This document shows positions 1 through 16,100 of a stretch of DNA of 64,000 bases, piece after piece; within the stretch, counting starts at the first letter, position 1; each line of letters begins with the position of its first letter. A program made the position numbers and the translations under genes. The notes under the pieces were generated by a model. That model was not told the DNA's origin, searched no databases, and saw only the letters and a list, made by a program, of their open reading frames with translations. This stretch comes from a virus: positions 32,001 through 96,000 of the IMG/VR virus record IMGVR_UViG_3300049043_000188; one strand, written 5' to 3'.

Positions 1-3000
1 CTTAAAGAATTTTTATCTAAAACAAAATATCAACTTTCTCCAGGATTTGAAGATAGAACTCTTTATTCTGATTTAAATCAATCTATCTTTTTAAAACAAA
101 TCAAAGATTTTTATCAAAGTAAAGGAACTGATGAAGTCTTTTGCAATTCTTTTTAAAGTTTTATATGGAAAAGAAGTAAAAATTATTCGACCAAAAGAAA
201 ATCTTTTTAGACCATCAGATGCTCATTATAGATTAACTAACGATATAGTTGTAGAAAGTATCTCTGGAGATCCATCTAGATTTAACAAATCAAACTTTAT
301 ATCAAGAATGTATATGGCTCTATTTCTATATGCCCGTAGTCCAATAACTTACGTAGAAAAAATAATTTCTGGAATTGGAAATACTTATTATAAATTAAGT
401 TTAGACTCTGGATATAATAGAGATATTATTGCTAATGGATGCTACAATTGGTAAATTCACAGTTCACCCAAGAACAAAAATAATTGGACCAGTTTCTTCT
501 GGATACAACTGTTTTTGATGTTGATTCTACTGTTGGATTTCCTGCAAATGGAGAACTTTTAGTAAATTATGGAGATCAAACCACAGGAATTGTTACATAT
601 ACTTCAAAATCTCTAACTCAGTTTTTTGGATGCTCTGGAGTTTCCAAAACTATTTTAGATGCAGCATCTGTTGGTATTAATACATATGCATCATGCATAT
701 AATCCAGACGGATCTTTAGTAAAATTAAGAGTAACTTCAGTTTTAAATTCTACAGAAATTTTAGGAAATACTAGGTATCATTACAAAAATGATACTTCAG
801 TAATTAGAACTTTAGGAGTGAATACTAATGATGTTTATTCTAAAGATTGGTTTTTTAACATTCCAATTTCATATAAAGTAAGATCAATTGTTTCTCGTGG
901 AACAAATGATACTTATGATATTACTACAACAAATACATAATATTTTAAAAATTGGTGATAAAATTGATATAATTTCAAGTTCCGGTGATTAAAAAAACAT
1001 CAACAATTATTGATTTAATTTCGAACTACAACTTTTACAATTAATGGTCAAGGAATTTTAAGTTTAACAGAAACATATACTATTAAAAAAAGTTTGCTTA
1101 AAGGAAATTCCATTTATTTTTCCAGTGTTTCTAGTGTAAATGCAAATGTTCAGAATGTATATAATCTTGAGTCTAAAATATTAATTTCTTCTCCATCAAT
1201 TCCATTTTATTATAATCAATCATTATCAACTACTGATAGATCTATCATATTTTCTGGAACTTTTTCTGGATCGATTTTTACAATAACTACAAATTCAGAT
1301 CATGGATTTTACACTGGAGACAGCATTTATTATACTCCAGGATCTTCTTCAACAAATTCATTATTTGATGAAGGAATTTATTTTGTTAAAAGAATAGATT
1401 CTAATAAAATTAGTCTTGCAAAAAGTAGAACTAATATCTTTAATGGTATTTTTGTATCAGTATCTAGTAGCACTAACAATAACAAATAATAAAATTGAAC
1501 TTTATGAATTTAAATCAAAAACTTTAACCTCTCAAAAGTTACTTAGAGAATTATCTTTACCTACAGATGATGGAAATGTCTATAAAACAAATCCAGGATT
1601 TACTGGAATATTACTTAATGGTGTAGAGATTTTAAATTATAAAGCAAGTGAATCAATATATTATGGAGAAATAAAAGAAGTTGAAGTAACTGCTCCTGGA
1701 TCAAACTATGATATTATTAATCCTCCAGTTTTAAGTATTACAGATTCTTTGGGAGTAGGTGCAACAGGATTCTGTGCAGTTAATGGATCACTTCAAGAAA
1801 TTAGAATTATTGATCCTGGATTTGATTATCTAAGACACACCAATTATTAAAATCACTGGTGGTAATGGTAGTTGGTGCAAAGGCATTTGCAAATATGAAG
1901 TTAGTAGAGCACGAATCCACTTTTAACTCTCAGGGAAATGCAGAATCTAGTTGGAATTGGTAGTGCATTATCAACTATTGGATTTACAACATATCACAAA
2001 TTTAGAAATGCAGAAAGAGTAATTTATAAAACAGATGGGCAAAGAGGTGTTGGTGGATTATCTACAGATTCTTCATATTTTGTTTCTGTAAAAGATAATT
2101 TTACAATTAAACTTCATAAAACTTTAGATGATGCTGTATCTGGAATTAATACCATCACACTATCTTCATATGGCATAGGTAATCATAAATTTAAATCATA
2201 TAATCAAAAATCTATAGTTGGATCTATTAACGTAGAAAGTTCTGGATCTGGATACGAAAATAAAAAAAGAACAACTACACATTTAGGAATTAATACTTCA
2301 CTATCTCAAATTATAATCAATAATCACGGATATAATTCTGGAGAAAAAATTGTATATACAACTGATTTTACTCCAATTAGTGGATTATCTACAAATACAG
2401 AATATATTGTAACTAAAGTAGATGATAATTCATTCAAACTCTCTACATGTTGGTGTTGGAAGCACTAATATTGATTTTTACTATAATACTAAACAATATG
2501 TTAAATTAAATTCTGTTGGTCTTGGAACTCATATATTTAATTATCCAGAAATTAAAGTAGAACTTATTGGAAATGTTGGACTATCTTCAATTGGAACAAC
2601 AGACTTTTGATGCAGTCATTCAACCTATTTTTAGAGGACAAATTAAATCAGTTCATTTAACTTCTGGTGGAGTTGGATATGGTTCTTCAGAAATTATTAA
2701 TTTTTACAGACAACCATCTTTTACATTAAAATCTGGGAAATCTGCACAGTTAAATCCCATAGTTTCTACAGATGGAAAAATTATTGAGGTATTAGTTAAT
2801 AATACTGGGATCTGAGTATAATTCTGCCCCAACATTAATTGTAAATGGGACTGGAAGAGGAGCTGTTGTAACGCCAATTATTGATAATGGTCAAATAATC
2901 TCAATAAAAGTAATTGAAAGTGGAATTGGATATTCGCAAAATTCCACTTCAATTACAGTGACTTCCTTCAGGATCAGCAGCAGAATTTAGAGCAAAAATA

Positions 3001-6000
3001 CAAAGTTGGACTGTTAATTTATTTAAAAAGTATTATTCATCATTAACATCTGATGATGGGATCATATCTAAGAGTATCAATGAATCACTTGGACTTCAAT
3101 ATGCCCATTTATATGCTCCTAGAAAATTGAGAGAAATTTTACAACCATCAGACCAAAATGGAAATAAAGTATATGGAAAAACAGACTTATCAAAACAAAA
3201 CAATATTGAAATAAATTCAACAAGCCACTCTCCTATTATTGGATGGGCATATGATGGAAATCCAATTTATGGTCCTTATGGATATATTACAAAAACTGGT
3301 GGTATAGTTACTCAACTCAAATCTGGATATATACCAGAAAATAAATCAAATAGACCATCATTAACTTCTTTTGAACTTGGATTTTTTGTAGAAGATTTTA
3401 CTCATTACAAAAAAGGTGATGATACAGTTCTTGATGAAAATAATGGAAGATTCTGTATTACTCCAGAATTTCCAAAAGGAACTTATGCATATTTTGCAAC
3501 TTTTGAACCAACTGCTGATAGTGGTGGAAAGTTCTCAAATTACAAACAACCAAAATTCCCATATTTGATTGGCGATTCTTTTAAATCAAAACCAATTGAC
3601 TTTAATTTCCAGAAAAATTCAAATCAAGATGATATTGATTTAAATCAAACTAAATGGTCTAGAAATACTTATTTCTATAATTTAATAAATGATGATGCAT
3701 CATATTCATACCTAACAATACCAAACAACTTAAATCAAACAGTAGACGTTAAAGTTTGCATCTCCTGGAGTTGTAGAATCTGTTGGTATTGTAACTGGAG
3801 GAACAAATTATAAAGTTAATGATTCTGTTGTATTTAACAATACTAGATACTCAAGGTACATGGAGCTAAGTGCTAGAGTTTCAAAAGTTGAAGGAAAATC
3901 AGTAACTTCAGTAAGTGTTGCTACTAGCACAATTTCGAATGTTGAAATATATCCAGGAGAAAACAAAGGAGATTATATTATTATTGCAAATGATCCTCAT
4001 AATTTTAAAAATAATGATTTTGTTTCTGTCTATGGGTTAAGCACAACATCTTCTCTAATAGAAGGATTTTATAAAGTTGGTATATCAACAAACATTTTAA
4101 CTATTTCTGGAATTGGAACAACTTCTGGAACTGTAACAACCGGAATTGGTAGTACAGGAGTAACAGGAATTATTACTTATATTAATGTTTCTGGAATTCT
4201 CAAATATCCAAACATAAAAGAAAATGATATTCTTTCTATTGAAAATGAAAAAGTAAAAGTTCTTAAACGTTGATAGATTAAATTCAAGAATTAGAGTTAT
4301 TAGAGCATATCAAGGAACATCTGGAGTTGCTCATACTTCATCTACTCAACTCAAAGAAAATCCAAGAAAGTTACTGATCAATGCTGGATATAGAACTTCT
4401 TATGATTATAGAATTAATACTCAATTATACTTTAATCCAGTAGACTCTGTTGGACTTGGAACTTTATCTGGTGTTGGTATTGGTACAACAATTACCTTTA
4501 GCAATCCTGGTGCTGGAATTACACAAATCTTTATTCCAACCAAATCAATTTACATTCCAAATCACGGATTAGAAACTGGTGATCTAGTTACATATTCAAA
4601 CAATGGTGGATCATCTTTAGTAGTTTCTTCTACTGGTATTGGAACCACAACTATTGCAGATCAGTCAAGTGTTTATATTGCAAAAATTTCTGATGATCTA
4701 ATTGGTATCGCAACAATTAGAGTTGGTTTAGGATCTACAGGTACTTTTGTTGGTATTGCAAGTACCCAAAGATCTCAATCTACTTTATTCTTTGTAGAAA
4801 ATGGTTCTGGAGTATATCACAGTCTAAAAACTAATTTTGATGTTATTACTGGAACTATTGAAAGAAATCTTACTACAGTTTCCTGTGCTTCCACGCACGG
4901 ATTAACTAACAATGATGCGGTTTATGTGGATGTTAATCCTTCAATCTCAACCACATTTACTGTAAAGTATGATGATTATAATAGAAAAGTTGTAATTAAT
5001 CCAAAATCATTTATTTCTGCTGGGGTTAATACAGTAACCGATACAATTACAATCCAAGATCACCAATTATATAATGGACAAAAAGTAATTCATACATCAA
5101 CAGCACCTTCTGGCGGACTTCAGAGTGAAAAGGAATACTTATGTAATTAAAGTAGATAAAAATAATATTAAGTTATCTGAAACTTTTTATAATGCTACTG
5201 CAGCAAAACCAGTCTCTGTTGGAATTACAAGTTCTTCTTCTGGAAGCAATTTTACCAATCAATCCCACCACTAACACTTTATAAAGATTCTGCAGTAACA
5301 TTTGATTTATCAGATTCTTCATCTGTCTTATATAAATCAATCTCAAAGATATCCAGCATTTAGTTTGGATTTTTATAAAGATAGCAATTTTACTCAATCA
5401 TTTGAATCAAGCAAGCAACAAAATGTATTTGAAATTCAAAGATCAGGTACAGTTGGAGTTGCAACTAATGCAAAAGTAGTTTTAACCGTTAATGATAACA
5501 TCCCAGATAGATTATATTACAAATTAACTCCAGTTTATGACAGTACAACTCCAGAGGAAAAGAAAAAAATTAGTATTGATTCTGATGTAATTTTAAATAA
5601 TCAAATTGAAATAATACCTAAGCAGATATAATGGAAAACATACTATAACATCTATTTCCTCAACTACATTTACATACACATTACCACAGACACCAGAAAA
5701 TACTTCCTATATTGGTTCTGCATCCAGTATTAGATATAAAACCGATTCCACTAAGTGCTTTTGGTGCAATTTCAGATATTGAAGTAACAAACAAAGGCAA
5801 AAATTATTATGCACTACCAGGAATTTCTACAATTGTTACTGAATTAGGAAGAAATGCTTTGATTAGAAGCATCAAGTTCTTCAATTGGAAAAATTAAGAA
5901 GACAAAAATTAATGATGTTGGATTTGATTTTCCAAGTGACTTTACACTAAAACCAAGTGTTTCTTTAAATCAAGTTATCAAGGTAGAACCACTATCATCA

Positions 6001-9000
6001 CTTAAGTCTGTTGGTGTTTCCTCTTTTGGTAGAGGTTATAACACATCACCAAAACTTCTTGTATTTGATGGTAAGACTAATAAACTTGTTCCAGAAATTG
6101 ATTTAAAATATACACTTAGGAAGCAATCAAGTAGAAATACGTAGAAATGCTTATAGTTTGAATAATGTCACTCCGACTATTTTACCAATACAAAACTCAA
6201 ATGGTGTTGGAATTGGATCTATTAGATATAATTCGACAACTAAAGAAGTAACTGTAATTTTATCTGTCGGTTTTAGTACTGCAGAATCATTCCCATTTGC
6301 AGTAAATGATAAAGTTCTTATTGAAAATATTAGTGTTGGTGTTGGATCAACTGGTATTAGGGTACAATTCTGAAAATTACAACTATAAACTCTTTACTCT
6401 TACATCTGTTACTGAAAACAGAGGTGGAATAGGATCAGTATCATATAGTCTTAGATGGATTGCTTTCTGCATCATCAATTCCCGGAAATTATGATTCTGT
6501 AAACTTCTTCTGGAAGAATAATTCCACAAAAATATTTCCCAATTTTTAATATTGAATCTTCAAAAGAATAATTATTTGATTGGAGAAAATATAAAATCAA
6601 ATTCTACTACTGGATATGTTGATGGATGGAATCCAATTACAAATCAACTAAGAGCAGTATCTAAAGAAAACTTTGTAGTTGGAGAAATAATTGAAGGATC
6701 TAACCTCAAAATCACAAGGAATTGCAAGTATTGTAGATACTACAGATTCTTTCTTTAATTTAGAATCATCATCTCTTGTTGATAATGGATGGCAAACAAA
6801 TGCAGGATTTTTAAATACCAATTCAGAAAGAATTCAAGATAATGATTTTTACCAAAACTTCTCATATTCAATTAAATCAGAAATAAGTTATGATTCTTGG
6901 AAAGATGCGGTAAGTACTTTAAATCACACAACAGGATTTAAAAAATTTGCAGAGTATCAACTTGAAACAAAAAATTCCAACTCAATGTCAGTTGGTCTGT
7001 CTACAGAAAAAACATATATTGATGTAGTTGTAGATATCGTTGGATTTGCAGACTTAAACTGCGTCATCTGATTTTGATTTAGTAAAAGAAAATTCTTTAT
7101 CTGGTTCTGGAAGTATTTTTCCAATGAAATAACTTTCTCAAACAGAGTCTTAACTGACTACTTTGAATCCATAGGAAATAGAGTTCTGTCTATTGATGAT
7201 TTAAGTTCTCAGTTTAACAGTAATCCAAGGTCTACAAGATTTTCTGAAGTTCATAGATTTACTCTTACAGATGCTAGAGCACAAAAGTATATTACATATG
7301 TTTCTGATAGAAGATTTACAGGTCAAAGGCAGTTAATGTTGGTATCTCTATTGCACGATGGTGGAATAGGTTATCATTAACCAATATGCAAGATTGGAGT
7401 CTTCTTATGATTTGGGATCATTTGATTTTATCGTTGATGGTTCTGAAGGAGTTTTAACATTCAATCCAGTCAACTATTCAGTTAATGATTATAACATCAC
7501 TACCTTATCATACAATTTAAAAGATTCTATGCTTGGAATTGGTACATCTTATTTTGGAGATTTGGTAACAGTTAAAACAAGTAGCGGATTTGTTTCTTCA
7601 GGATCAACAAATATAGTTGGTGTTGGTACAACATATAATTCTGCTAAAGTTTTAGTAGAAATTACCGGATCTGGCGGGCAGTATGAGTTCGATGAACTTA
7701 ATATTGTTCACGATGGTGTTAATGTTGAACTACTCGAATATGGTCAAGTTACTGATCATTCTTTAGATGCATATTCTAGTTCTGGACTAGGAACATATTA
7801 TCCATATATTTCTGGATCTCAACTTAAAGTTGATTTTTATCCTAACACTGGTATTGCAGTAACCTTCAATACTTTCCAAACTACTTTTAGGTGGAACATC
7901 ATCTGGTATTGGAACATATGATATGCAACACGCCAGACTTCAAGGCATATCAACTTCAATAGCATCATCAGGTTCCCCAACTGCGACATCAATTATAGCT
8001 TATCCTGGAGATTATGATTGTTCATATTGCTTGGTTCAGGTTGCAGATACCACAAACAACAAATATCAGTTATCTGAAGTTGTTCTTTTAGATGATCAAA
8101 CCGATGAAAGTGTTGGTGAAACTTATATTGTTGAATTTGGTAATGTTGAAACTAATTCTGGACTTGGAACTTTTGGTGTAAGAAAGAATGGTTCAATAAC
8201 AGAACTAACCTTTACTCCTCTTCCAAGTATTAATACTAGAATTGTTGGATTCTTCAATGCACTAAGACATCAAGATGATGAAAAAGATGTAGTATCATTT
8301 AACAATGGAAGTATTGAAACAAACTATGGAACTTATTTTGGAACTGAAAGAGATATTAAACGTGCTTTTGATCTAAAACATAAAGGATCTCAAATTTTTA
8401 GAAGAGATTTTGATGGTAGCAGTGTTTCTATAGCAAATACTTCGATTCAGATGCAATTACTATTCCAAATCATTTCTTTGTTACTGGTGAAAAAGTTACT
8501 TATACAAATCCAGGAGTTGGAAGTACACAAGCAATTGGTATTGCATCTACAGATTTTGGTGTTGGTATTGGTACAACAGATAAATTACCATCAAGTGTTT
8601 ATATTGTAAAAGTAAATGAAAATACAATTAAATTAGCAAGAAATGCAGAAGATGCTTTAAGTTTAACACCAAAAGTTTTAAACCTAACTTCAGTTGGAAT
8701 TGGAACATCTCACGCATTTACTGCAATTAATCAAAATGCAAAAGTAATTGTTGCAATTGATAATCTTATTCAATCACCTATTGTTTCTACAGCGCAAACA
8801 ACAACTTTATCAATTAATGCATTCAGCACTGACGATTTGATTTATGTAAGTGGTATAACATCCTTCTTTGGTGGAGATTTAATTAAAATTGGTAGCGAGA
8901 TAATGAGAATTGATTCTGTTGGTGTTGGAAGCACTAATTCGTATTAGAGTCCGTAGACCTTGGATGGGAACATCACTTGCAGGATATTCCACAGGAACAC

Positions 9001-11563
9001 TAGTTACCAAAGTTGTAGGAAATTATAATATTGTAGATAATGTGCTGAATTTCGTAGAAGCTCCTTATGGAAATGTTCCTCTTTCCACTTCAACAAATAG
9101 ACCAGATGAGAGAGATTGGATTGGAATATCTACAAGTTCTAGTTTCCAAGGAAGAACATTCTTAAGATCAGGAACTCCTGCGGGGACCAATGAAACTTAT
9201 TACTAAAAATTATGTCTTCAATGATCATTTCTAATCAATTTAATGGAAAAACTAAAAATTTTAATTTAAGATCTGATGGAACAACCGTCACAGGAATTTC
9301 TACTGAAAATGCAGTTATATTAATTAATGATATTTTCCAAGGACCTGGATTATCAAATGATTACTACTTATCTGAAGTCAATTGGAGTAACAACAATAAC
9401 CTTTACTGGTGCTGCAACTTCCATTGCTTATGATGTTAATACTTCTTCTATTCCTGCAGGTGGTGTAATAGTATCTGTTGGATCCACTGAAGGATTTGGT
9501 TATCAACCTTTAGTATCTGCTGGAGGAACTGCAATAGTTTCTGGTTTAGGTACAATTTCTTCCATTAGCATTGGTAATAGTGGTTCTGGATATAGATCAG
9601 GATTCAAATCAGTAAGAGTTGGAGTTGCAACATCTAATACAGGAACTCCCATCTATTCAGTTTATTGGAACTGCAATTGTAAATAATGGACACGTTGTTA
9701 GTATTGCAATTACAAATCCAGGAACTGGATATACTTCATCAAATCCACCATACGTTGTAATTGATGATCCCCTTTCTTATTCAAATCTTCCATTAGTTTA
9801 TAGTTCTTCCTCTCCAACTGGACTGGGAAGTCAAGCAACGGTTGATGTTGTAGTTGGTCAGGGATCTAGTGTAATAGATTTTGAAATTAAAAATCTTGGA
9901 TATGGTTATGGGCAAGGAGAAATATTAACTGTTTCTATTGGAGGAACAGTTGGTATTCCTACTGATCCAACTAAAACATTTAAAGAGTTCCAAATTTCCA
10001 TACAAAATACGATTAGTGATAAATTTACTGGGTGGTCAATTGGAGAGTTGCAAGTTTTAGATAATGTAGAAAATCTATTTGATGGATCTAGAGTTACTTT
10101 CCCACTAAGAGTTGCAGGATCTTTAATTTCGATAAGATCTGCAAGAGGTTCAAATATTAATATTCAAGATAATCTTCTTATCTTCTTAAATGATGTACTT
10201 CAAGTTCCAGGATCAGGATATCAGTTTGCCGGTGGAAGTGTAATTACATTTACAGAGGCACCTAAAGTTGGAGATTTATGTAAGATTATTTTCTATAGAG
10301 GAAGTGGATCTATTGATGTTATTGAAAGAAATATTTTGGAAACAGTTAAAGTTGGTGATGATTTAACCATTGGATATGATTCATCTTTGGGACAACCAGC
10401 AACTTTACAAGAAACTGAAAGAAATGTAAGTTCTATAGACTCTACCGATTTAGTAAAAACTATTCCATACTATGGTCCAGGTTTAGTTAATAATCCAACT
10501 ACTTTAAGACCAGTTACTTGGTGTAGACAAACTGAAGATAGAATTATCAACGAAAAAGAAGTTGGTAAAGATAGAATTCTTTATGAAGCTTTAATCTATC
10601 CATCATCATATTTAATTCAATCAGTTGGAATTGGATCAACTATAGCATTTATAGATTCTATTCGTCCATTTTTCAATCCATTAAATGAAAATGACACTAC
10701 TCTTAATTTCCAAAAAGATATTTTAATACTATCTCAAGATAATAAAGTTTCTGCATCTGCAACAGCTATTGTTTCTGTTGGAGGAACTATTTCTTCTATT
10801 GTAATATCATGATGGTGGATTTGGTTATTCTAGTGCTCCAACAGTAACAATTGAAAATAGTGTTGGATTTGGATCAACTGCCACTGCAACTTCTTCAATA
10901 ACCGCAGGTATTGTAACTACAATTTCTATAACTGGTCCAGGAACAGGATATACATCAACAAATGTTCCTAATGTTTTAATTGCTCGCCACCATCTTTCTC
11001 AATAGAAGAAAACACTGTCGTTACTTATGAAGGAGATTTTGGTATTATTACTGGAATATCAACAACAACAGTTGGTGTTGCTTCAACAGGAATTGTATTT
11101 GATTTCTTAATTCCAAAAGATTCTCCATTAAGAAATTCGTCAATTACTGGATTTACTACTATTAGTGGAATTTCTACAGGATATTATTTTGTGGTTCATA
11201 ATTCAAATGTAGGTAAAGGAGTTACATCATTAAATTCAAATGGATCTACTGTTGGTGTTGGAAGTACTTTCTTAGATAATGTTTATCAAGCAGTTGCAGT
11301 TTCTATTGCACAAACTTCTACACCAGGTCTTGGTGTAACGTATGTTGCTAAAGTCACAGCAAGTCTTACTTCTTATAATGGACTTTCTGGTATAGGATTT
11401 AGTAATTTCTATGGAGAATATAGTTGGGGAAGAATTGCTTTGGGAAGTAGAGAGAAAGAAATTTCATATAATGCATATACTATCAAATGGATATACTGGA
11501 ATAGCAACTGGTACAATGATTAGAAGAAGTTTTCCTCTTAAATACCTCAATTACATTTCATAA
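1..11563 (+). CDS. gp7: Giant baseplate wedge initiator (gp7-like), 5'-partial, fragmented by read indels
   Basis: Begins with IKDFYQSKGTDES/F..LFKVLYG, as in T4-like gp7. Overlapping ORF pieces continue in alternating frames. Contains HSPIIGWAYDGNPIYGPYG (YHYH-like), RIQDNDFYQNFSYSIKS and repeated GxGY units. Ends ...KYLNYIS-TAA(11563) just before gp8. Confidence 0.8.
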
Positions 11564-11566
11564 ATA
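11559..11566 (+). promoter_or_regulatory. Late (gp55-type) promoter CATAAATA
   Basis: NATAAATA 17 nt upstream of the gp8 ATG. Confidence 0.65.
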
Positions 11567-11583
11567 AATAAAAAAACCGTCAA

Positions 11584-13137
11584 ATGGCAGCAATTATAAC
11601 TGATCAGATTAGAATATTAAATGCAAAGAATTTTGTTGCTGGAGTAAGTTCTTCAGGAAATTCATATTATTCTTTTATTGGATTACCAAATCCAACACGA
11701 AATTCAATCTGATTGGGATACAAATCCTCCTTCACCAAAAGACTCTTTTGATGAAGAAAATAGTTATTGGGATACGATGGTTGCACTTAAAAAAATTAGT
11801 GCATCTGATGTAAGACAAGTTGTTCAAAAAAGAGTTTGGTCTTCTGGAACAACATATGATATGTATCGTCACGATTATAGCAGATCAAATACTGCTAAAG
11901 TATCTGGCGCAACAAATTTATATTCTTCATCTTATTATGTTTTAAATAGTGACTATAGAGTTTATATTTGCTTACAAAACGGAACTACTCCAGACACTCC
12001 AAATGGAAAACCATTCATTAGATGAACCAACATTTACGGATTTAGAACCAAGATCTGCGGGAACAAGTGGAGATGGTTATATTTGGAAGTATCTTTATAC
12101 ACTAAAACCATCAGAAGTAACAAAGTTTGAAACATCTGATTTTATTCCTGTTCCAGCAAATTGGGAATCTTCTGCTGACAATGCTGCAGTAAGAGATAAT
12201 GCTGTCGATGGATCAATTAAAATTGTAACCATTACGAACAGAGGAGTTGGATTAGGAACAGCAAATAGAACTTATACAAGAGTTCCCATTAAAGGTGATG
12301 GAACTGGAGCAGAATGTACTATTGTCATTAATAATGATCAAAAAGTAGAATCGGTAGTTGTTTCTAGTCAAGGTTCTGGATATACTTATGGAAATGTTGA
12401 TTTAGTTGCAGGCAATGTACCTACAGGAACATCTAGACCAACTTTTAATGTTATTATTTCTCCAAAAGGAGGACATGGTGCTGATATCTATCGTGAACTT
12501 GGTGCATATAATGTTCTTCTTTACTCTAGAATTGAAAATGATACTCAAAATCCAGATTTTATAACTGGCAATCAAATTGCAAGAGTTGGTAGTAGTTGAA
12601 AGTCCAAAGATAAGTTCTGGAAGTTTATTAACTTCAGATAAAGCAAGTGCAGTTTATGCCTTAAGACTTACTGGAACTGGATATAGTTCAGCATCTTTTA
12701 CTGCAGACTCTTATTTTACACAAACTGTAGCAACGGGAACTACTGCTGTTGGTAGAGTTATTAGTTATGATCAAACTACAGGAGTTCTTAAGTATTGGCA
12801 AGATCGTTCTCTTGCAGGATTTACGACTGTTGGAGTTGCAGTTACAAATCCAACTTATGGATTTGATTTAACAGAATTTACTAGTTCTCCATCTACTGGA
12901 GGAAGTCTAACAATTGTACCTTCATCAGGGTCTAATTTATCAATTAATACATCATTTTCTGGTATATCTACAGTAATAAATAGTAGAACATATTATCTTG
13001 GTCAAGAATTTTCTAATGGTCTTGCAAACCCTGAGGTTAAAAAATATTCAGGAAATATTATCTATGTAGATAATAGACCAGCAATTACTAGATCATCCAA
13101 CCAAAAAGAAGATATTAAAGTCATTTTGCAGTTCTAA
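11584..13137 (+). CDS. gp8: Baseplate wedge subunit gp8 (frameshifted by read errors)
   Basis: MAAIITDQIRILNAKNF start, WSSGTTYDMYRHDYS, DGYIWKYLYT, and C-terminal YSGNIIYVDNRPAITRSSNQKEDIKVILQF. Confidence 0.9.
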
Positions 13138-13143
13138 AGAATT

Positions 13144-16100
13144 ATGTCTCAGGAAACTAATCTTAATGTATCTCCATATTTTGATGATTTTGATGCAAAT
13201 AATGACTATTATAGGGTTCTTTTTAAACCAGGATATCCTGTTCAAGCAAGAGAATTAACCACTCTACAATCAATATTACAAAACCAAATTGAAAAATTTG
13301 GGCAACATTTTTTTAAAGAAGGTGCTAAAGTAATTCCAGGTAACACTGGATATACTCAATTGTATTATGCGGTAGAACTTCAAAATAATTATCTTGGAGT
13401 TCCTGTCTCGGCATATGCCAATCAATTAGTAGGAACAAAGATTACCGGACAAACATCAGGTGTAACAGCAGTAGTAGATAAAGTTTTACTTCCGACCGAT
13501 TCTGAAAGAGGAAATTTAACTTTATATGTAAATTACTTAGCATCAAACACTCAAAATAATTCAACTCAACAATTTTCTGACGGAGAATTGTTGTCTAGTA
13601 GCATACAAATTACTTCTGGTCTTCTGGGTAATTCTTTAATTGCAGTTGGACAACCTTTTGCATCAACGATCTCTCAAAATGCAACTTCTATAGGATCAGC
13701 ATTTTCTATTACAAATGGAGTTTACTTTATACGAGGACAATTTGTAACTGTAAAAACAGAAACTTTAATTTTAGACCAATATTCAAATATTCCAAATTAT
13801 CGTGTTGGTTTATTTGTACGTGAAGAAATTGTTACATCTGAAACTGATGAATCATTAAATGATAATTCTCAAGGATTTAATAACTATGCATCTCCTGGAG
13901 CTGATAGATTAAAAATTACAGCATCACTATTTAAAAAACCTTTAACTGATTTTGATGATGGAAATTTTGTAGAACTAGCAACAATAAAAGAAGGTGCTAT
14001 TAGATCTCAACAAACTACACCCATATAATAGTATAACAGATGAATTAGCAAGAAGAACTTATGCAGAATCTGGTGACTACTATGTAACTCCTTTTGATGC
14101 TTCTTTAAAAGAATCTTTAAATAATAACCTAGGAAATAATGGAATTTTTAATTCAGGACAATTCACATATGGTGGATCTACTCCATCAAACGATTTGGCA
14201 GTTTATCAAATTTCTCCAGGTAAAGCATTTGTTAGAGGGTATGAGTGCGAAACAATAAGTTCAACTTTTTTAGATTGCCCTAAACCTAGAACAACTAAAA
14301 CTTTAGAAAATCAGTCATTAAATTATAACACTGGTCCAACTTTAAAATTAAACAGAGTTTATGGATCTCCAAAAATTGGAGTTGGTAATACTTATGTATT
14401 AAGTTTACGTGATTCTAGAGTTGGTTCTGATCAAAAAGCATCTGCAGGTAAAGAAATTGGTGTTGCAAGAGTTTATGATTTTAGATTAGAATCTGGTGCA
14501 TATGATGCATCAAATTCAAATCTAAACCAGTGGAATATTTCTTTATATGATGTCCAGACAACAACAGAAATTACTGTAAATCGAACCAATTACACTATCT
14601 GTTCCAACTTTTATTAAAGGAAAAAATAGTGGAGCAACGGCATTTATTAAAGATAATGTTGTAGCGGGAACTGCAGTCACTGTTTATGAAAAAACAGGAG
14701 ACTTTATTCTAAATGAATCATTTATTATTGATGGCATTGAAAACTCAAGAGTAGCAATTGCAATTACATCGTATGGGATTTCTGATGTAAAATCTGTATA
14801 TGGAATTGTAGGTTCAGCATCGACTTTTTCTGCTGATGCCATTCAATCAACTGGATTTAGTGTTGGAATTGCAACAATTAGTACATTATCAGGTGGAGTA
14901 AGTACAGTAACAAGTCCAAATACTGTATTTCCTGGTAAAGTTGTTAGAATTGGAAATTTAGTTCAATATAGCGATCCAACTAGCAGAGATCCAATCATTG
15001 CAAAGGTCGTAGGAACAGGAAATACTACTATTGCTATAAGTGGAGTCACTGGTGTTAGTGGTATTGCCTCAGGACAATTACCATCTTCATCATTAAATGT
15101 AACTGATTTTAAAATTTTAACTACGAATCTAGAAACATCAACAGATAACACTTTTTATACTAGATTGCCAAAAGTTAATATATCTAATGTAGATTTAACA
15201 AATGCAGTATTGGGAATTAGAACTGTATTTACAGTAAATATTTCAGGAAATCAGACGACTACTGTTACAGCAGGGACAAATGAAACATTTTTGCCTTTTG
15301 ATGAAGAAAGGTATGCACTTATAACATCAAATGGACAAACAGAGGTTTTAACTTCTGATAAAGTTCAAATTGATTCTACAGGAACTCAATTAACAATTTA
15401 CAATCTTTCTACTTCTTCAGATAGTGGAGCAACTTTAATTGCAACTACAAGAAAAATTAAACCAAAAGCAAAATTAAAAAGAAAAAATAGAGTTAATTTT
15501 ATTATTGTAGATAAATCAAAATATCAAGGATCTGGAATTGGGTCTACAACTTTAAATGATGGATTATCTTACGGAAAATACCCGTTTGGAACAAGAGTTC
15601 AGGATGAAATTATTTCTCTTAACACATCAGATATTATAGAAATTCACGGTATTTTTGAATCTACCAATACATCTGATGTATCTGCTCCAACATTAGAACT
15701 TACCTCTATTAGTGGACCAACTGCAACTACATCTGATTTAATTATTGGTGAAAAAATAATAGGACAAACTAGTGGTGCAATTGCTATCTTTGCAGAAAAA
15801 ATTAACGATACAAAAATTTCTTTTATTTACAAAAATCAAAAAATATTTAAGGAAGGAGAAACTTTAAGATTTGAAGAATCACAAATTCAAGCAACATCTC
15901 AAACAATTGATTCCTCAAGTTTTGATATTTCTTCCAATTTTACTTTTACAAATGGTCAAGAATCAACTTTTTACGATTATGGCACCATTAAAAGAAAAGC
16001 AGGATTACAGGAACCTACTAAAAAGTTAAAAATATATTTCTCAAATGGATATTATGAAGCAAATGATGATGGAGATATAACAACAGTTAATTCATATAAT

